From: Eledone cirrhosa
Taxonomy: Eukaryota
Reading direction: 5' to 3'
NCBI GenBank assembly: GCA_964016885.1
Contig: OZ024758.1
Location: 35,278,001 to 35,342,000 of the forward strand
DNA: 64,000 nt
Shown here: in pieces, positions 53,630 to 64,000 of the stretch
How the letters are laid out: every line of letters begins with the position of its first letter
How positions within the stretch are numbered: position 1 is the first letter of the stretch
Made by a program: the position numbers and the translations under genes
Notes under the pieces: model-generated
What the model was told of the DNA's origin: nothing
The model's input: the letters and a program-made list of their open reading frames with translations, nothing else
Databases searched by the model: none

Positions 53630-56600
53630 ATGGTATTAGCTGTCAGAAGTAACTCCACTGTTGGTGAGAATTCATTTAAGTCATGGTATTAGTTGTCAGA
53701 AGTAACTCCAATGTTGGTGAGAATTCATTTAAGTTCATGGTTCTAGCTGTCAGAAGTAACTCCACTGTTGGTGAGAATTCATTTAAGTTCATGGTATTAG
53801 CTGTCAGAAGTAACTCCACTGTTGGTGAGAATTCATTTAAGTCTTGGTATTAGCTGTCAGAAGTAACTCCATTGTTGGTGAGAATTCATTTAAGTCATGG
53901 TACTAGCTGTCAGAAGTAACTCCACTGTTGGTGAGAATTCATTTAAGTTCATGGTATTAGCTGTCAGAAGGAACTCCACTGTTGGTGAGAATTCATTTAA
54001 GTTCATGGTACTAGCTGTCAGAAGTAACTCCACTGTTGGTAAGAATTCATTTAAGTTCATGGTATTAGCTGTCAGAAGTAACTCCACTGTTGGTGAGAAT
54101 TCATTTAAGTCATGGTATTAGTTGTCAGAAGTAACTCCAATGTTGGTGAGAATTCATTTAAGTTCATGGTATTAGCTGTCAGAAGTAACTCCACTGTTGG
54201 TGAGAATTCATTTAAGTTCATGGTATTAGCTGTCAGAAGGAACTCCACTGTTGGTGAGAATTCATTTAAGTTCATGGTACTAGCTGTCAGAAGTAACTCC
54301 ACTGTTGGTGAGAATTCATTTAAGTTCATGGTACAAGCTGTCAGAAGTAACTCCAATGTTGGTGAGAATTCATTTAAGTTCATGGTATTAGCTGTCAAAA
54401 GTAACTCCAATGTTGGTGAGAATTCATTTAAGTCATGGTATTAGTTGTCAGAAGTAACTCCAATGTTGGTGAGAATTCATTTAAGTTCATGGTTCTAGCT
54501 GTCAGAAGTAACTCCACTGTTGGTGAGAAATCATTTAAGTTCATGGTATTAGCTGTCAGAAGTAACTACACTGTTGGTGAGAATTCATTTAAGTTCATGG
54601 TACTAGCTGTCAGAAGTAACCCCAATGTTGGTGAGAATTCATTTAAGTTCATGGTATTAGCTGTCAGAAGTCACTCCACTGTTGGTGAGAATTCATTTAA
54701 GTTCATGGTACTAGCTGTCAGAAGTAACCCCAATGTTGGTGAGAATTCATTTAAGTTCATGGTATTAGCTGTCAGAAGTCACTCCAATGTTGGTGAGAAT
54801 TCATTTAAGTTCATGGTATTAGCTGTCAGAAGTAACTCCACTGTTGGTGAGAATTCATTTAAGTTCATGGTATTAGCTGTCAGAAGTAACTCCACTGTTG
54901 GTGAGAATTCATTTAAGTTCATGGTATTAGCTGTCAGAAGGAACTCCACTGTTGGTGAGAATTCATTTAAGTCTTGGTGTTAGTTGTCAGAGGTAACTCC
55001 AATGTTGGTGAGAATTCATTTAAGTTCATGGTACTAGCTGTCAGAAGTAACTCCACTGTTGGTGAGAATTCATTTAAGTTCATGGTACTAGCTGTCAGAA
55101 GTAACTCCAATGTTGGTGAGAATTCATTTAAGTTCATGGTATTAGCTGTCAGAAGTAACTCCACTGTTGGTGAGAATTCATTTAAGTTCATGGTACTAGC
55201 TGTCAGAAGTAACTCCACTGTTGGTGAGAATTCATTTAAGTTCATGGTATTAGCTGTCAGAAGTAACTCCACTGTTGGTGAGAATTCATTTAAGTTCATG
55301 GTATTAGCTGTCAGAAGGAACTCCAATGTTGGTGAGAATTCATTTAAGTCATGGTACTAGCTGTCAGAAGTAACTCCACTGTTGGTGAGAATTCATTTAA
55401 GTTCATGGTATTAGCTGTCAGAAGGAACGCCACTGTTGGTGAGAATTCATTTAAGTTCATGGTATTAGCTGTCAGAAGTAACTCCACTGTTGGTGAGAAT
55501 TCATTTAAGTTCATGGTATTAGCTGTCAGAAGGAACTCCACTGTTGGTGAGAATTCATTTAAGTTCATGGTATTAGCTGTCAGAAGTAACTCCACTGTTG
55601 GTGAGAATTCATTTAAGTTCATGGTATTAGCTGTCAGAAGTAACTCCACTGTTGGTGAGAATCCATTTAAGTCATGGTATTAGTTGTCAGAAGTAACTCC
55701 AATGTTGGTGAGAATTCATTTAAGTTCATGGTTCTAGCTGTCAGAAGTAACTCCACTGTTGGTGAGAATTCATTTAAGTTCATGGTATTAGCTGTCAGAA
55801 GTAACTCCACTGTTGGTGAGAATTCATTTAAGTCTTGGTATTAGCTGTCAGAAGTAACTCCATTGTTGGTGAGAATTCATTTAAGTCATGGTACTAGCTG
55901 TCAGAAGTAACTCCACTGTTGGTGAGAATTCATTTAAGTTCATGGTATTAGCTGTCAGAAGGAACTCCACTGTTGGTGAGAATTCATTTAAGTTCATGGT
56001 ACTAGCTGTCAGAAGTAACTCCACTGTTGGTAAGAATTCATTTAAGTTCATGGTATTAGCTGTCAGAAGTAACTCCACTGTTGGTGAGAATTCATTTAAG
56101 TCATGGTATTAGTTGTCAGAAGTAACTCCAATGTTGGTGAGAATTCATTTAAGTTCATGGTATTAGCTGTCAGAAGTAACTCCACTGTTGGTGAGAATTC
56201 ATTTAAGTTCATGGTATTAGCTGTCAGAAGGAACTCCACTGTTGGTGAGAATTCATTTAAGTTCATGGTACTAGCTGTCAGAAGTAACTCCACTGTTGGT
56301 GAGAATTCATTTAAGTTCATGGTACAAGCTGTCAGAAGTAACTCCAATGTTGGTGAGAATTCATTTAAGTTCATGGTATTAGCTGTCAAAAGTAACTCCA
56401 ATGTTGGTGAGAATTCATTTAAGTCATGGTATTAGTTGTCAGAAGTAACTCCAATGTTGGTGAGAATTCATTTAAGTTCATGGTTCTAGCTGTCAGAAGT
56501 AACTCCACTGTTGGTGAGAAATCATTTAAGTTCATGGTATTAGCTGTCAGAAGTAACTACACTGTTGGTGAGAATTCATTTAAGTTCATGGTACTAGCTG

Positions 56601-57060
56601 TCAGAAGTAACCCCAATGTTGGTGAGAATTCATTTAAGTTCATGGTATTAGCTGTCAGAAGTCACTCCACTGTTGGTGAGAATTCATTTAAGTTCATGGT
56701 ACTAGCTGTCAGAAGTAACCCCAATGTTGGTGAGAATTCATTTAAGTTCATGGTATTAGCTGTCAGAAGTCACTCCAATGTTGGTGAGAATTCATTTAAG
56801 TTCATGGTATTAGCTGTCAGAAGTAACTCCACTGTTGGTGAGAATTCATTTAAGTTCATGGTATTAGCTGTCAGAAGTAACTCCACTGTTGGTGAGAATT
56901 CATTTAAGTTCATGGTATTAGCTGTCAGAAGGAACTCCACTGTTGGTGAGAATTCATTTAAGTCTTGGTGTTAGTTGTCAGAGGTAACTCCAATGTTGGT
57001 GAGAATTCATTTAAGTTCATGGTACTAGCTGTCAGAAGTAACTCCACTGTTGGTGAGAAT
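53630..57060. repeat. Tandem duplication with 1,991-bp period (37 monomers)
   Basis: ORF offsets are 53897/55888, 54112/56103, 54435/56426 and 54974/56965. Shared variants include GTACAAGCT, GTCAAAAG and GAGAAATC. Confidence 0.86.
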
Positions 57061-60000
57061 TCATTTAAGTTCATGGTATTAGCTGTCAGAAGTAACTCCA
57101 CTTTTGGTGAGAATTCATTTAAGTTCATGGTATTAGCTGTCAGAAGTAACTCCACTGTTGGTGAGAATTCATTTAAGTTCATGGTATTAGCTGTCAGAAG
57201 GAACTCCAATGTTGGTGAGAATTCATTTAAGTCATGGTACTAGCTGTCAGAAGTAACTCCAATGTTGGTGAGAATTCATTTATGTTCATGGTATTAGCTG
57301 TCAGAAGTAACTCCACTGTTGGTGAGAATTCATTTAAGTTCATGGTATTAGCTGTCAGAAGTAACTCCACTGTTGGTGAGAATTCATTTAAGTTCATGGT
57401 ATTAGCTGTCAGAAGGAACTCCAATGTTGGTGAGAATTCATTTAAGTCATGGTACTAGCTGTCAGAAGTAACTCCACTGTTGGTGAGAATTCATTTAAGT
57501 TCATGGTATTAGCTGTCAGAAGGAACGCCACTGTTGGTGAGAATTCATTTAAGTTCATGGTATTAGCTGTCAGAAGTAACTCCACTGTTGGTGAGAATTC
57601 ATTTAAGTTCATGGTATTAGCTGTCAGAAGGAACTCCACTGTTGGTGAGAATTCATTTAAGTTCATGGTATTAGCTGTCAGAAGTAACTCCACTGTTGGT
57701 GAGAATTCATTTAAGTTCATGGTACTAGTTGTCAGAAGTAACTCCACTGTTGGTGAGAATTCATTTAAGTTCATGGTATTAGCTGTCAGAAGTAACTCCA
57801 CTGTTGGTGAGAATTCATTTAAGTCATGGTATTAGTTGTCAGAAGTAACTCCAATGTTGGTGAGAATTCATTTAAGTTCATGGTTCTAGCTGTCAGAAGT
57901 AACTCCACTGTTGGTGAGAATTCATTTAAGTTCATGGTATTAGCTGTCAGAAGTAACTCCACTGTTGGTGAGAATTCATTTAAGTCTTGGTATTAGCTGT
58001 CAGAAGTAACTCCATTGTTGGTGAGAATTCATTTAAGTCATGGTACTAGCTGTCAGAAGTAACTCCACTGTTGGTGAGAATTCATTTAAGTTCATGGTAT
58101 TAGCTGTCAGAAGGAACTCCACTGTTGGTGAGAATTCATTTAAGTTCATGGTACTAGCTGTCAGAAGTAACTCCACTGTTGGTAAGAATTCATTTAAGTT
58201 CATGGTATTAGTTCGTCAGAAGTAACTCCACTGTTGGTGAGAATTCATTTAAGTCATGGTATTAGTTGTCAGAAGTAACTCCAATGTTGGTGAGAATTCA
58301 TTTAAGTCATGGTACTAGCTGTCAGAAGTAACTCCAATGTTGGTGAGAATTCATTTAAGTTCATGGTATTAGCTGTCAGAAGGAACTCCACTGTTGGTGA
58401 GAATTCATTTAAGTTCATGGTACTAGCTGTCAGAAGTAACTCCAATGTTGGTGAGAATTCATTTAAGTTCATGGTATTAGCTGTCAGAAGGAACTCCACT
58501 GTTGGTGAGAATTCATTTAAGTCATGGTATTAGCTGTCAGAAGTAACTCCAATGTTGGTGAGAATTCATTTAAGTTCATGGTATTAGCTGTCAGAAGTAA
58601 CTGCACTGTTGGTGAGAATTCATTTAAGTTCATGGTATTAGCTGTCAGAAGGAACTCCAATGTTGGTGAGAATTCATTTAAGTCATGGTACTAGCTGTCA
58701 GAAGTAACTCCACTGTTGGTGAGAATTCATTTAAGTTCATGGTATTAGCTGTCAGAAGGAACGCCACTGTTGGTGAGAATTCATTTAAGTTCATGGTATT
58801 AGCTGTCAGAAGTAACTCCACTGTTGGTGAGAATTCATTTAAGTTCATGGTACTAGCTGTCAGAAGTAACTCCAATGTTGGTGAGAATTCATTTAAGTTC
58901 ATGGTATTAGCTGTCAGAAGGAACTCCACTGTTGGTGAGAATTCATTTAAGTCTTGGTATTAGTTGTCAGAAGTAACTCCAATGTTGGTGAGAATTCATT
59001 TAAGTTCATGGTACTAGCTGTCAGAAGTAACTCCACTGTTGGTGAGAATTCATTTAAGTTCATGGTACTAGCTGTCAGAAGTAACTCCAATGTTGGTGAG
59101 AATTCATTTAAGTTCATGGTATTAGCTGTCAGAAGTAACTCCACTGTTGGTGAGAATTCATTTAAGTTCATGGTACTAGCTGTCAGAAGTAACTCCACTG
59201 TTGGTGAGAATTCATTTAAGTTCATGGTATTAGCTGTCAGAAGTAACTCCACTGTTGGTGAGAATTCATTTAAGTTCATGGTATTAGCTGTCAGAAGGAA
59301 CTCCAATGTTGGTGAGAATTCATTTAAGTCATGGTACTAGCTGTCAGAAGTAACTCCACTGTTGGTGAGAATTCATTTAAGTTCATGGTATTAGCTGTCA
59401 GAAGGAACGCCACTGTTGGTGAGAATTCATTTAAGTTCATGGTATTAGCTGTCAGAAGTAACTCCACTGTTGGTGAGAATTCATTTAAGTTCATGGTATT
59501 AGCTGTCAGAAGGAACTCCACTGTTGGTGAGAATTCATTTAAGTTCATGGTATTAGCTGTCAGAAGTAACTCCACTGTTGGTGAGAATTCATTTAAGTTC
59601 ATGGTACTAGTTGTCAGAAGTAACTCCACTGTTGGTGAGAATTCATTTAAGTTCATGGTATTAGCTGTCAGAAGTAACTCCACTGTTGGTGAGAATTCAT
59701 TTAAGTCATGGTATTAGTTGTCAGAAGTAACTCCAATGTTGGTGAGAATTCATTTAAGTTCATGGTTCTAGCTGTCAGAAGTAACTCCACTGTTGGTGAG
59801 AATTCATTTAAGTTCATGGTATTAGCTGTCAGAAGTAACTCCACTGTTGGTGAGAATTCATTTAAGTCTTGGTATTAGCTGTCAGAAGTAACTCCATTGT
59901 TGGTGAGAATTCATTTAAGTCATGGTACTAGCTGTCAGAAGTAACTCCACTGTTGGTGAGAATTCATTTAAGTTCATGGTATTAGCTGTCAGAAGGAACT

Positions 60001-61220
60001 CCACTGTTGGTGAGAATTCATTTAAGTTCATGGTACTAGCTGTCAGAAGTAACTCCACTGTTGGTAAGAATTCATTTAAGTTCATGGTATTAGTTCGTCA
60101 GAAGTAACTCCACTGTTGGTGAGAATTCATTTAAGTCATGGTATTAGTTGTCAGAAGTAACTCCAATGTTGGTGAGAATTCATTTAAGTCATGGTACTAG
60201 CTGTCAGAAGTAACTCCAATGTTGGTGAGAATTCATTTAAGTTCATGGTATTAGCTGTCAGAAGGAACTCCACTGTTGGTGAGAATTCATTTAAGTTCAT
60301 GGTACTAGCTGTCAGAAGTAACTCCAATGTTGGTGAGAATTCATTTAAGTTCATGGTATTAGCTGTCAGAAGGAACTCCACTGTTGGTGAGAATTCATTT
60401 AAGTCATGGTATTAGCTGTCAGAAGTAACTCCAATGTTGGTGAGAATTCATTTAAGTTCATGGTATTAGCTGTCAGAAGTAACTCCACTGTTGGTGAGAA
60501 TTCATTTAAGTTCATGGTATTAGCTGTCAGAAGGAACTCCAATGTTGGTGAGAATTCATTTAAGTCATGGTACTAGCTGTCAGAAGTAACTCCACTGTTG
60601 GTGAGAATTCATTTAAGTTCATGGTATTAGCTGTCAGAAGGAACGCCACTGTTGGTGAGAATTCATTTAAGTTCATGGTATTAGCTGTCAGAAGTAACTC
60701 CACTGTTGGTGAGAATTCATTTAAGTTCATGGTACTAGCTGTCAGAAGTAACTCCAATGTTGGTGAGAATTCATTTAGGTTCATGGTATTAGCTGTCAGA
60801 AGGAACTCCACTGTTGGTGAGAATTCATTTAAGTCTTGGTATTAGTTGTCAGAAGTAACTCCAATGTTGGTGAGAATTCATTTAAGTTCATGGTACTAGC
60901 TGTCAGAAGTAACTCCACTGTTGGTGAGAATTCATTTAAGTTCATGGTACTAGCTGTCAGAAGTAACTCCAATGTTGGTGAGAATTCATTTAAGTTCATG
61001 GTATTAGCTGTCAGAAGTAACTCCACTGTTGGTGAGAATTCATTTAAGTTCATGGTACTAGCTGTCAGAAGTAACTCCACTGTTGGTGAGAATTCATTTA
61101 AGTTCATGGTATTAGCTGTCAGAAGTAACTCCACTGTTGGTGAGAATTCATTTAAGTTCATGGTACTAGCTGTCAGAAGTAACCCCAATGTGGGTGAGAA
61201 TTCATTTAAGTTCATGGTAT
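56531..61220. repeat. ~4.7-kb duplicate of ~44641-49330 (offset 11,890 bp)
   Basis: ORF offsets run from 45075/56965 through 48946/60836. Shared variants include AACTACAC (~44665/56555), TTTAGGTTC (~48884/60774) and TGGGTG (49301/61191). Confidence 0.87.
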
Positions 61221-61272
61221 TAGCTGTCAGAAGTAACTCCACTGTTGGTGAGAATTCATTTAAGTTCATGGT

Positions 61273-64000
61273 ATTAGCTGTCAGAAGTAACTCCACTGTT
61301 GGTGAGAATTCATTTAAGTCATGGTATTAGTTGTCAGAAGTAACTCCAATGTTGGTGAGAATTCATTTAAGTTCATGGTTCTAGCTGTCAGAAGTAACTC
61401 CACTGTTGGTGAGAATTCATTTAAGTTCATGGTATTAGCTGTCAGAAGTAACTCCACTGTTGGTGAGAATTCATTTAAGTCTTGGTATTAGCTGTCAGAA
61501 GTAACTCCATTGTTGGTGAGAATTCATTTAAGTCATGGTACTAGCTGTCAGAAGTAACTCCACTGTTGGTGAGAATTCATTTAAGTTCATGGTATTAGCT
61601 GTCAGAAGGAACTCCACTGTTGGTGAGAATTCATTTAAGTTCATGGTACTAGCTGTCAGAAGTAACTCCACTGTTGGTAAGAATTCATTTAAGTTCATGG
61701 TATTAGTTCGTCAGAAGTAACTCCACTGTTGGTGAGAATTCATTTAAGTCATGGTATTAGTTGTCAGAAGTAACTCCAATGTTGGTGAGAATTCATTTAA
61801 GTCATGGTACTAGCTGTCAGAAGTAACTCCAATGTTGGTGAGAATTCATTTAAGTTCATGGTATTAGCTGTCAGAAGGAACTCCACTGTTGGTGAGAATT
61901 CATTTAAGTTCATGGTACTAGCTGTCAGAAGTAACTCCAATGTTGGTGAGAATTCATTTAAGTTCATGGTATTAGCTGTCAGAAGGAACTCCACTGTTGG
62001 TGAGAATTCATTTAAGTCATGGTATTAGCTGTCAGAAGTAACTCCAATGTTGGTGAGAATTCATTTAAGTTCATGGTATTAGCTGTCAGAAGTAACTCCA
62101 CTGTTGGTGAGAATTCATTTAAGTTCATGGTATTAGCTGTCAGAAGGAACTCCAATGTTGGTGAGAATTCATTTAAGTCATGGTACTAGCTGTCAGAAGT
62201 AACTCCACTGTTGGTGAGAATTCATTTAAGTTCATGGTATTAGCTGTCAGAAGGAACGCCACTGTTGGTGAGAATTCATTTAAGTTCATGGTATTAGCTG
62301 TCAGAAGTAACTCCACTGTTGGTGAGAATTCATTTAAGTTCATGGTACTAGCTGTCAGAAGTAACTCCAATGTTGGTGAGAATTCATTTAGGTTCATGGT
62401 ATTAGCTGTCAGAAGGAACTCCACTGTTGGTGAGAATTCATTTAAGTCTTGGTATTAGTTGTCAGAAGTAACTCCAATGTTGGTGAGAATTCATTTAAGT
62501 TCATGGTACTAGCTGTCAGAAGTAACTCCACTGTTGGTGAGAATTCATTTAAGTTCATGGTACTAGCTGTCAGAAGTAACTCCAATGTTGGTGAGAATTC
62601 ATTTAAGTTCATGGTATTAGCTGTCAGAAGTAACTCCACTGTTGGTGAGAATTCATTTAAGTTCATGGTACTAGCTGTCAGAAGTAACTCCACTGTTGGT
62701 GAGAATTCATTTAAGTTCATGGTATTAGCTGTCAGAAGTAACTCCACTGTTGGTGAGAATTCATTTAAGTTCATGGTACTAGCTGTCAGAAGTAACCCCA
62801 ATGTGGGTGAGAATTCATTTAAGTTCATGGTATTAGCTGTCAGAAGTCACTCCAATGTTGGTGAGAATTCATTTAAGTTCATGGTATTAGCTGTCAGAAG
62901 TAACTCCACTGTTGGTGAGAATTCATTTAAGTTCATGGTACTAGCTGTCAGAAGTAACCCCAATGTTGGTGAGAATTCATTTAAGTTCATGGTATTAGCT
63001 GTCAGAAGTCACTCCACTGTTGGTGAGAATTCATTTAAGTTCATGGTACTAGCTGTCAGAAGTAACCCCAATGTTGGTGAGAATTCATTTAAGTTCATGG
63101 TATTAGCTGTCAGAAGTCACTCCAATGTTGGTGAGAATTCATTTAAGTTCATGGTATTAGCTGTCAGAAGTAACTCCACTGTTGGTGAGAATTCATTTAA
63201 GTTCATGGTATTAGCTGTCAGAAGTAACTCCACTGTTGGTGAGAATTCATTTAAGTTCATGGTATTAGCTGTCAGAAGGAACTCCACTGTTGGTGAGAAT
63301 TCATTTAAGTCTTGGTGTTAGTTGTCAGAAGTAACTCCAATGTTGGTGAGAATTCTTTTAAGTTCATGGTACTAGCTGTCAGAAGTAACTCCACTGTTGG
63401 TGAGAATTCATTTAAGTTCATGGTACTAGCTGTCAGAAGTAACTCCAATGTTGGTGAGAATTCATTTAAGTTCATGGTATTAGCTGTCAGAAGTAACTCC
63501 AATGTTGGTGAGAATTCATTTAAGTTCATGGTATTAGCTGTCAGAAGGAACTCCACTGTTGGTGAGAATTCATTTAAGTCTTGGTATTAGTTGTCAGAAG
63601 TAACTCCAATGTTGGTGAGAATTCATTTAAGTTCATGGTATTAGCTGTCAGAAGTAACTCCACTGTTGGTGAGAATTCATTTAAGTTCATGGTATTAGCT
63701 GTCAGAAGGAACTCCACTGTTGGTGAGAATTCATTTAAGTTCATGGTACTAGCTGTCAGAAGTAACTCCACTGTTGGTGAGAATTCATTTAAGTTCATGG
63801 TACAAGCTGTCAGAAGTAACTCCAATGTTGGTGAGAATTCATTTAAGTTCATGGTATTAGCTGTCAAAAGTAACTCCAATGTTGGTGAGAATTCATTTAA
63901 GTCATGGTATTAGTTGTCAGAAGTAACTCCAATGTTGGTGAGAATTCATTTAAGTTCATGGTTCTAGCTGTCAGAAGTAACTCCACTGTTGGTGAGAAAT
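61273..64000. repeat. Duplicate of ~47770-50497 (offset 13,503 bp), continuing past the window end; also a 1,613-bp (30-mer) tandem repeat of ~59.7-61.2 kb
   Basis: ORF offsets of 13,503: 48032/61535, 48677/62180, 48946/62449, 49809/63312, 50078/63581. Shared variants include TTTAGGT, TGGGTG, TTCTTTTAAG, GTACAAG and the terminal GAGAAAT. Offsets of 1,613: 59922/61535, 60567/62180. Confidence 0.88.

Larger units (their letters stand above)
1..64000. repeat. 54-bp tandem satellite DNA array (~1,190 monomers, EcoRI-site-containing), spanning the whole window
   Basis: ATGGTAYTAGCTGTCAGAAGTAACTCCAMTGTTGGTGAGAATTCATTTAAGTTC recurs every 53-54 bp in the same orientation from the first base to the last. 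Monomers usually differ from the consensus at 0-4 positions. The ORF track shows the same 18-aa unit throughout. Copy number is estimated as 64000/~53.8. Confidence 0.99.

Noticed and set aside
1-64000. Protein-coding genes suggested by the many six-frame ORFs (61-506 aa)
   Set aside because: All are translations of the same 54-bp unit and overlap on both strands. They begin and end at 1-bp indel monomers or sporadic stop variants, and have no unique N- or C-terminal domain. Frameshifting monomers are common and have been amplified freely.
1-64000. CRISPR array (conserved ~22-30-bp part alternating with a variable part)
   Set aside because: The variable part differs only by a few recurrent SNPs, not unique spacers. 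There is no leader or cas gene, and ~1,190 near-identical units fit satellite DNA.
1-64000. Diversity-generating or antigenic-variation cassette array, or tandem ncRNA/tRNA/5S gene cluster
   Set aside because: There is no reverse transcriptase, recombinase or expression locus. I saw no tRNA cloverleaf, Pol III A/B boxes or rRNA similarity. The variation pattern is explained by point mutation plus block duplication.
1-64000. CENP-B box or telomeric repeat motifs
   Set aside because: No TTCG-N4-A-N2-CGGG pattern (no CGGG seen), and no tandem TTAGGG/TTAGG/TTTAGGG tracts. Isolated TTTAGG variants (~27677, 48884, 60774, 62387) are single substitutions.
1-64000. Synthetic concatemer or rolling-circle/sequencing artefact
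   Set aside because: Variants are shared hierarchically between distant blocks and are mostly substitutions at fixed sites. This fits descent by duplication, not random read error or ligation of one oligo. Local mis-assembly of individual blocks remains possible.
1-64000. Assignment to a named satellite family or organism
   Set aside because: I cannot match the monomer to a known family with confidence without a database search, and there is no flanking unique sequence.

Overview
The whole 64-kb window is one uninterrupted head-to-tail satellite DNA array of about 1,190 copies of a 54-bp monomer (consensus ATGGTAYTAGCTGTCAGAAGTAACTCCAMTGTTGGTGAGAATTCATTTAAGTTC). The monomer is 37-39% GC, has no CpG in the consensus, and carries one EcoRI site and usually one AluI site. 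I saw no unique sequence, transposon, inversion or truncated monomer, and the array runs off both ends. All ORFs in the track arise because the monomer length is divisible by 3 and one frame per strand lacks stops. Frequent 53-bp monomers frameshift these ORFs, so I call no CDS. The informative structure is in the variants. There are nested, non-uniform higher-order duplications (4- to about 250-mers) and three domains with different diagnostic variants. A more diverged middle layer (about 15-36 kb) lies between two more homogeneous expansions. A conserved 22-bp core and chimeric monomers at apparent crossover points are also visible. This looks like eukaryotic heterochromatic (possibly centromeric, pericentromeric or subtelomeric) satellite from a long-read assembly. 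I cannot assign the organism or satellite family from sequence alone, and I found no evidence of a gene-encoded novel system.
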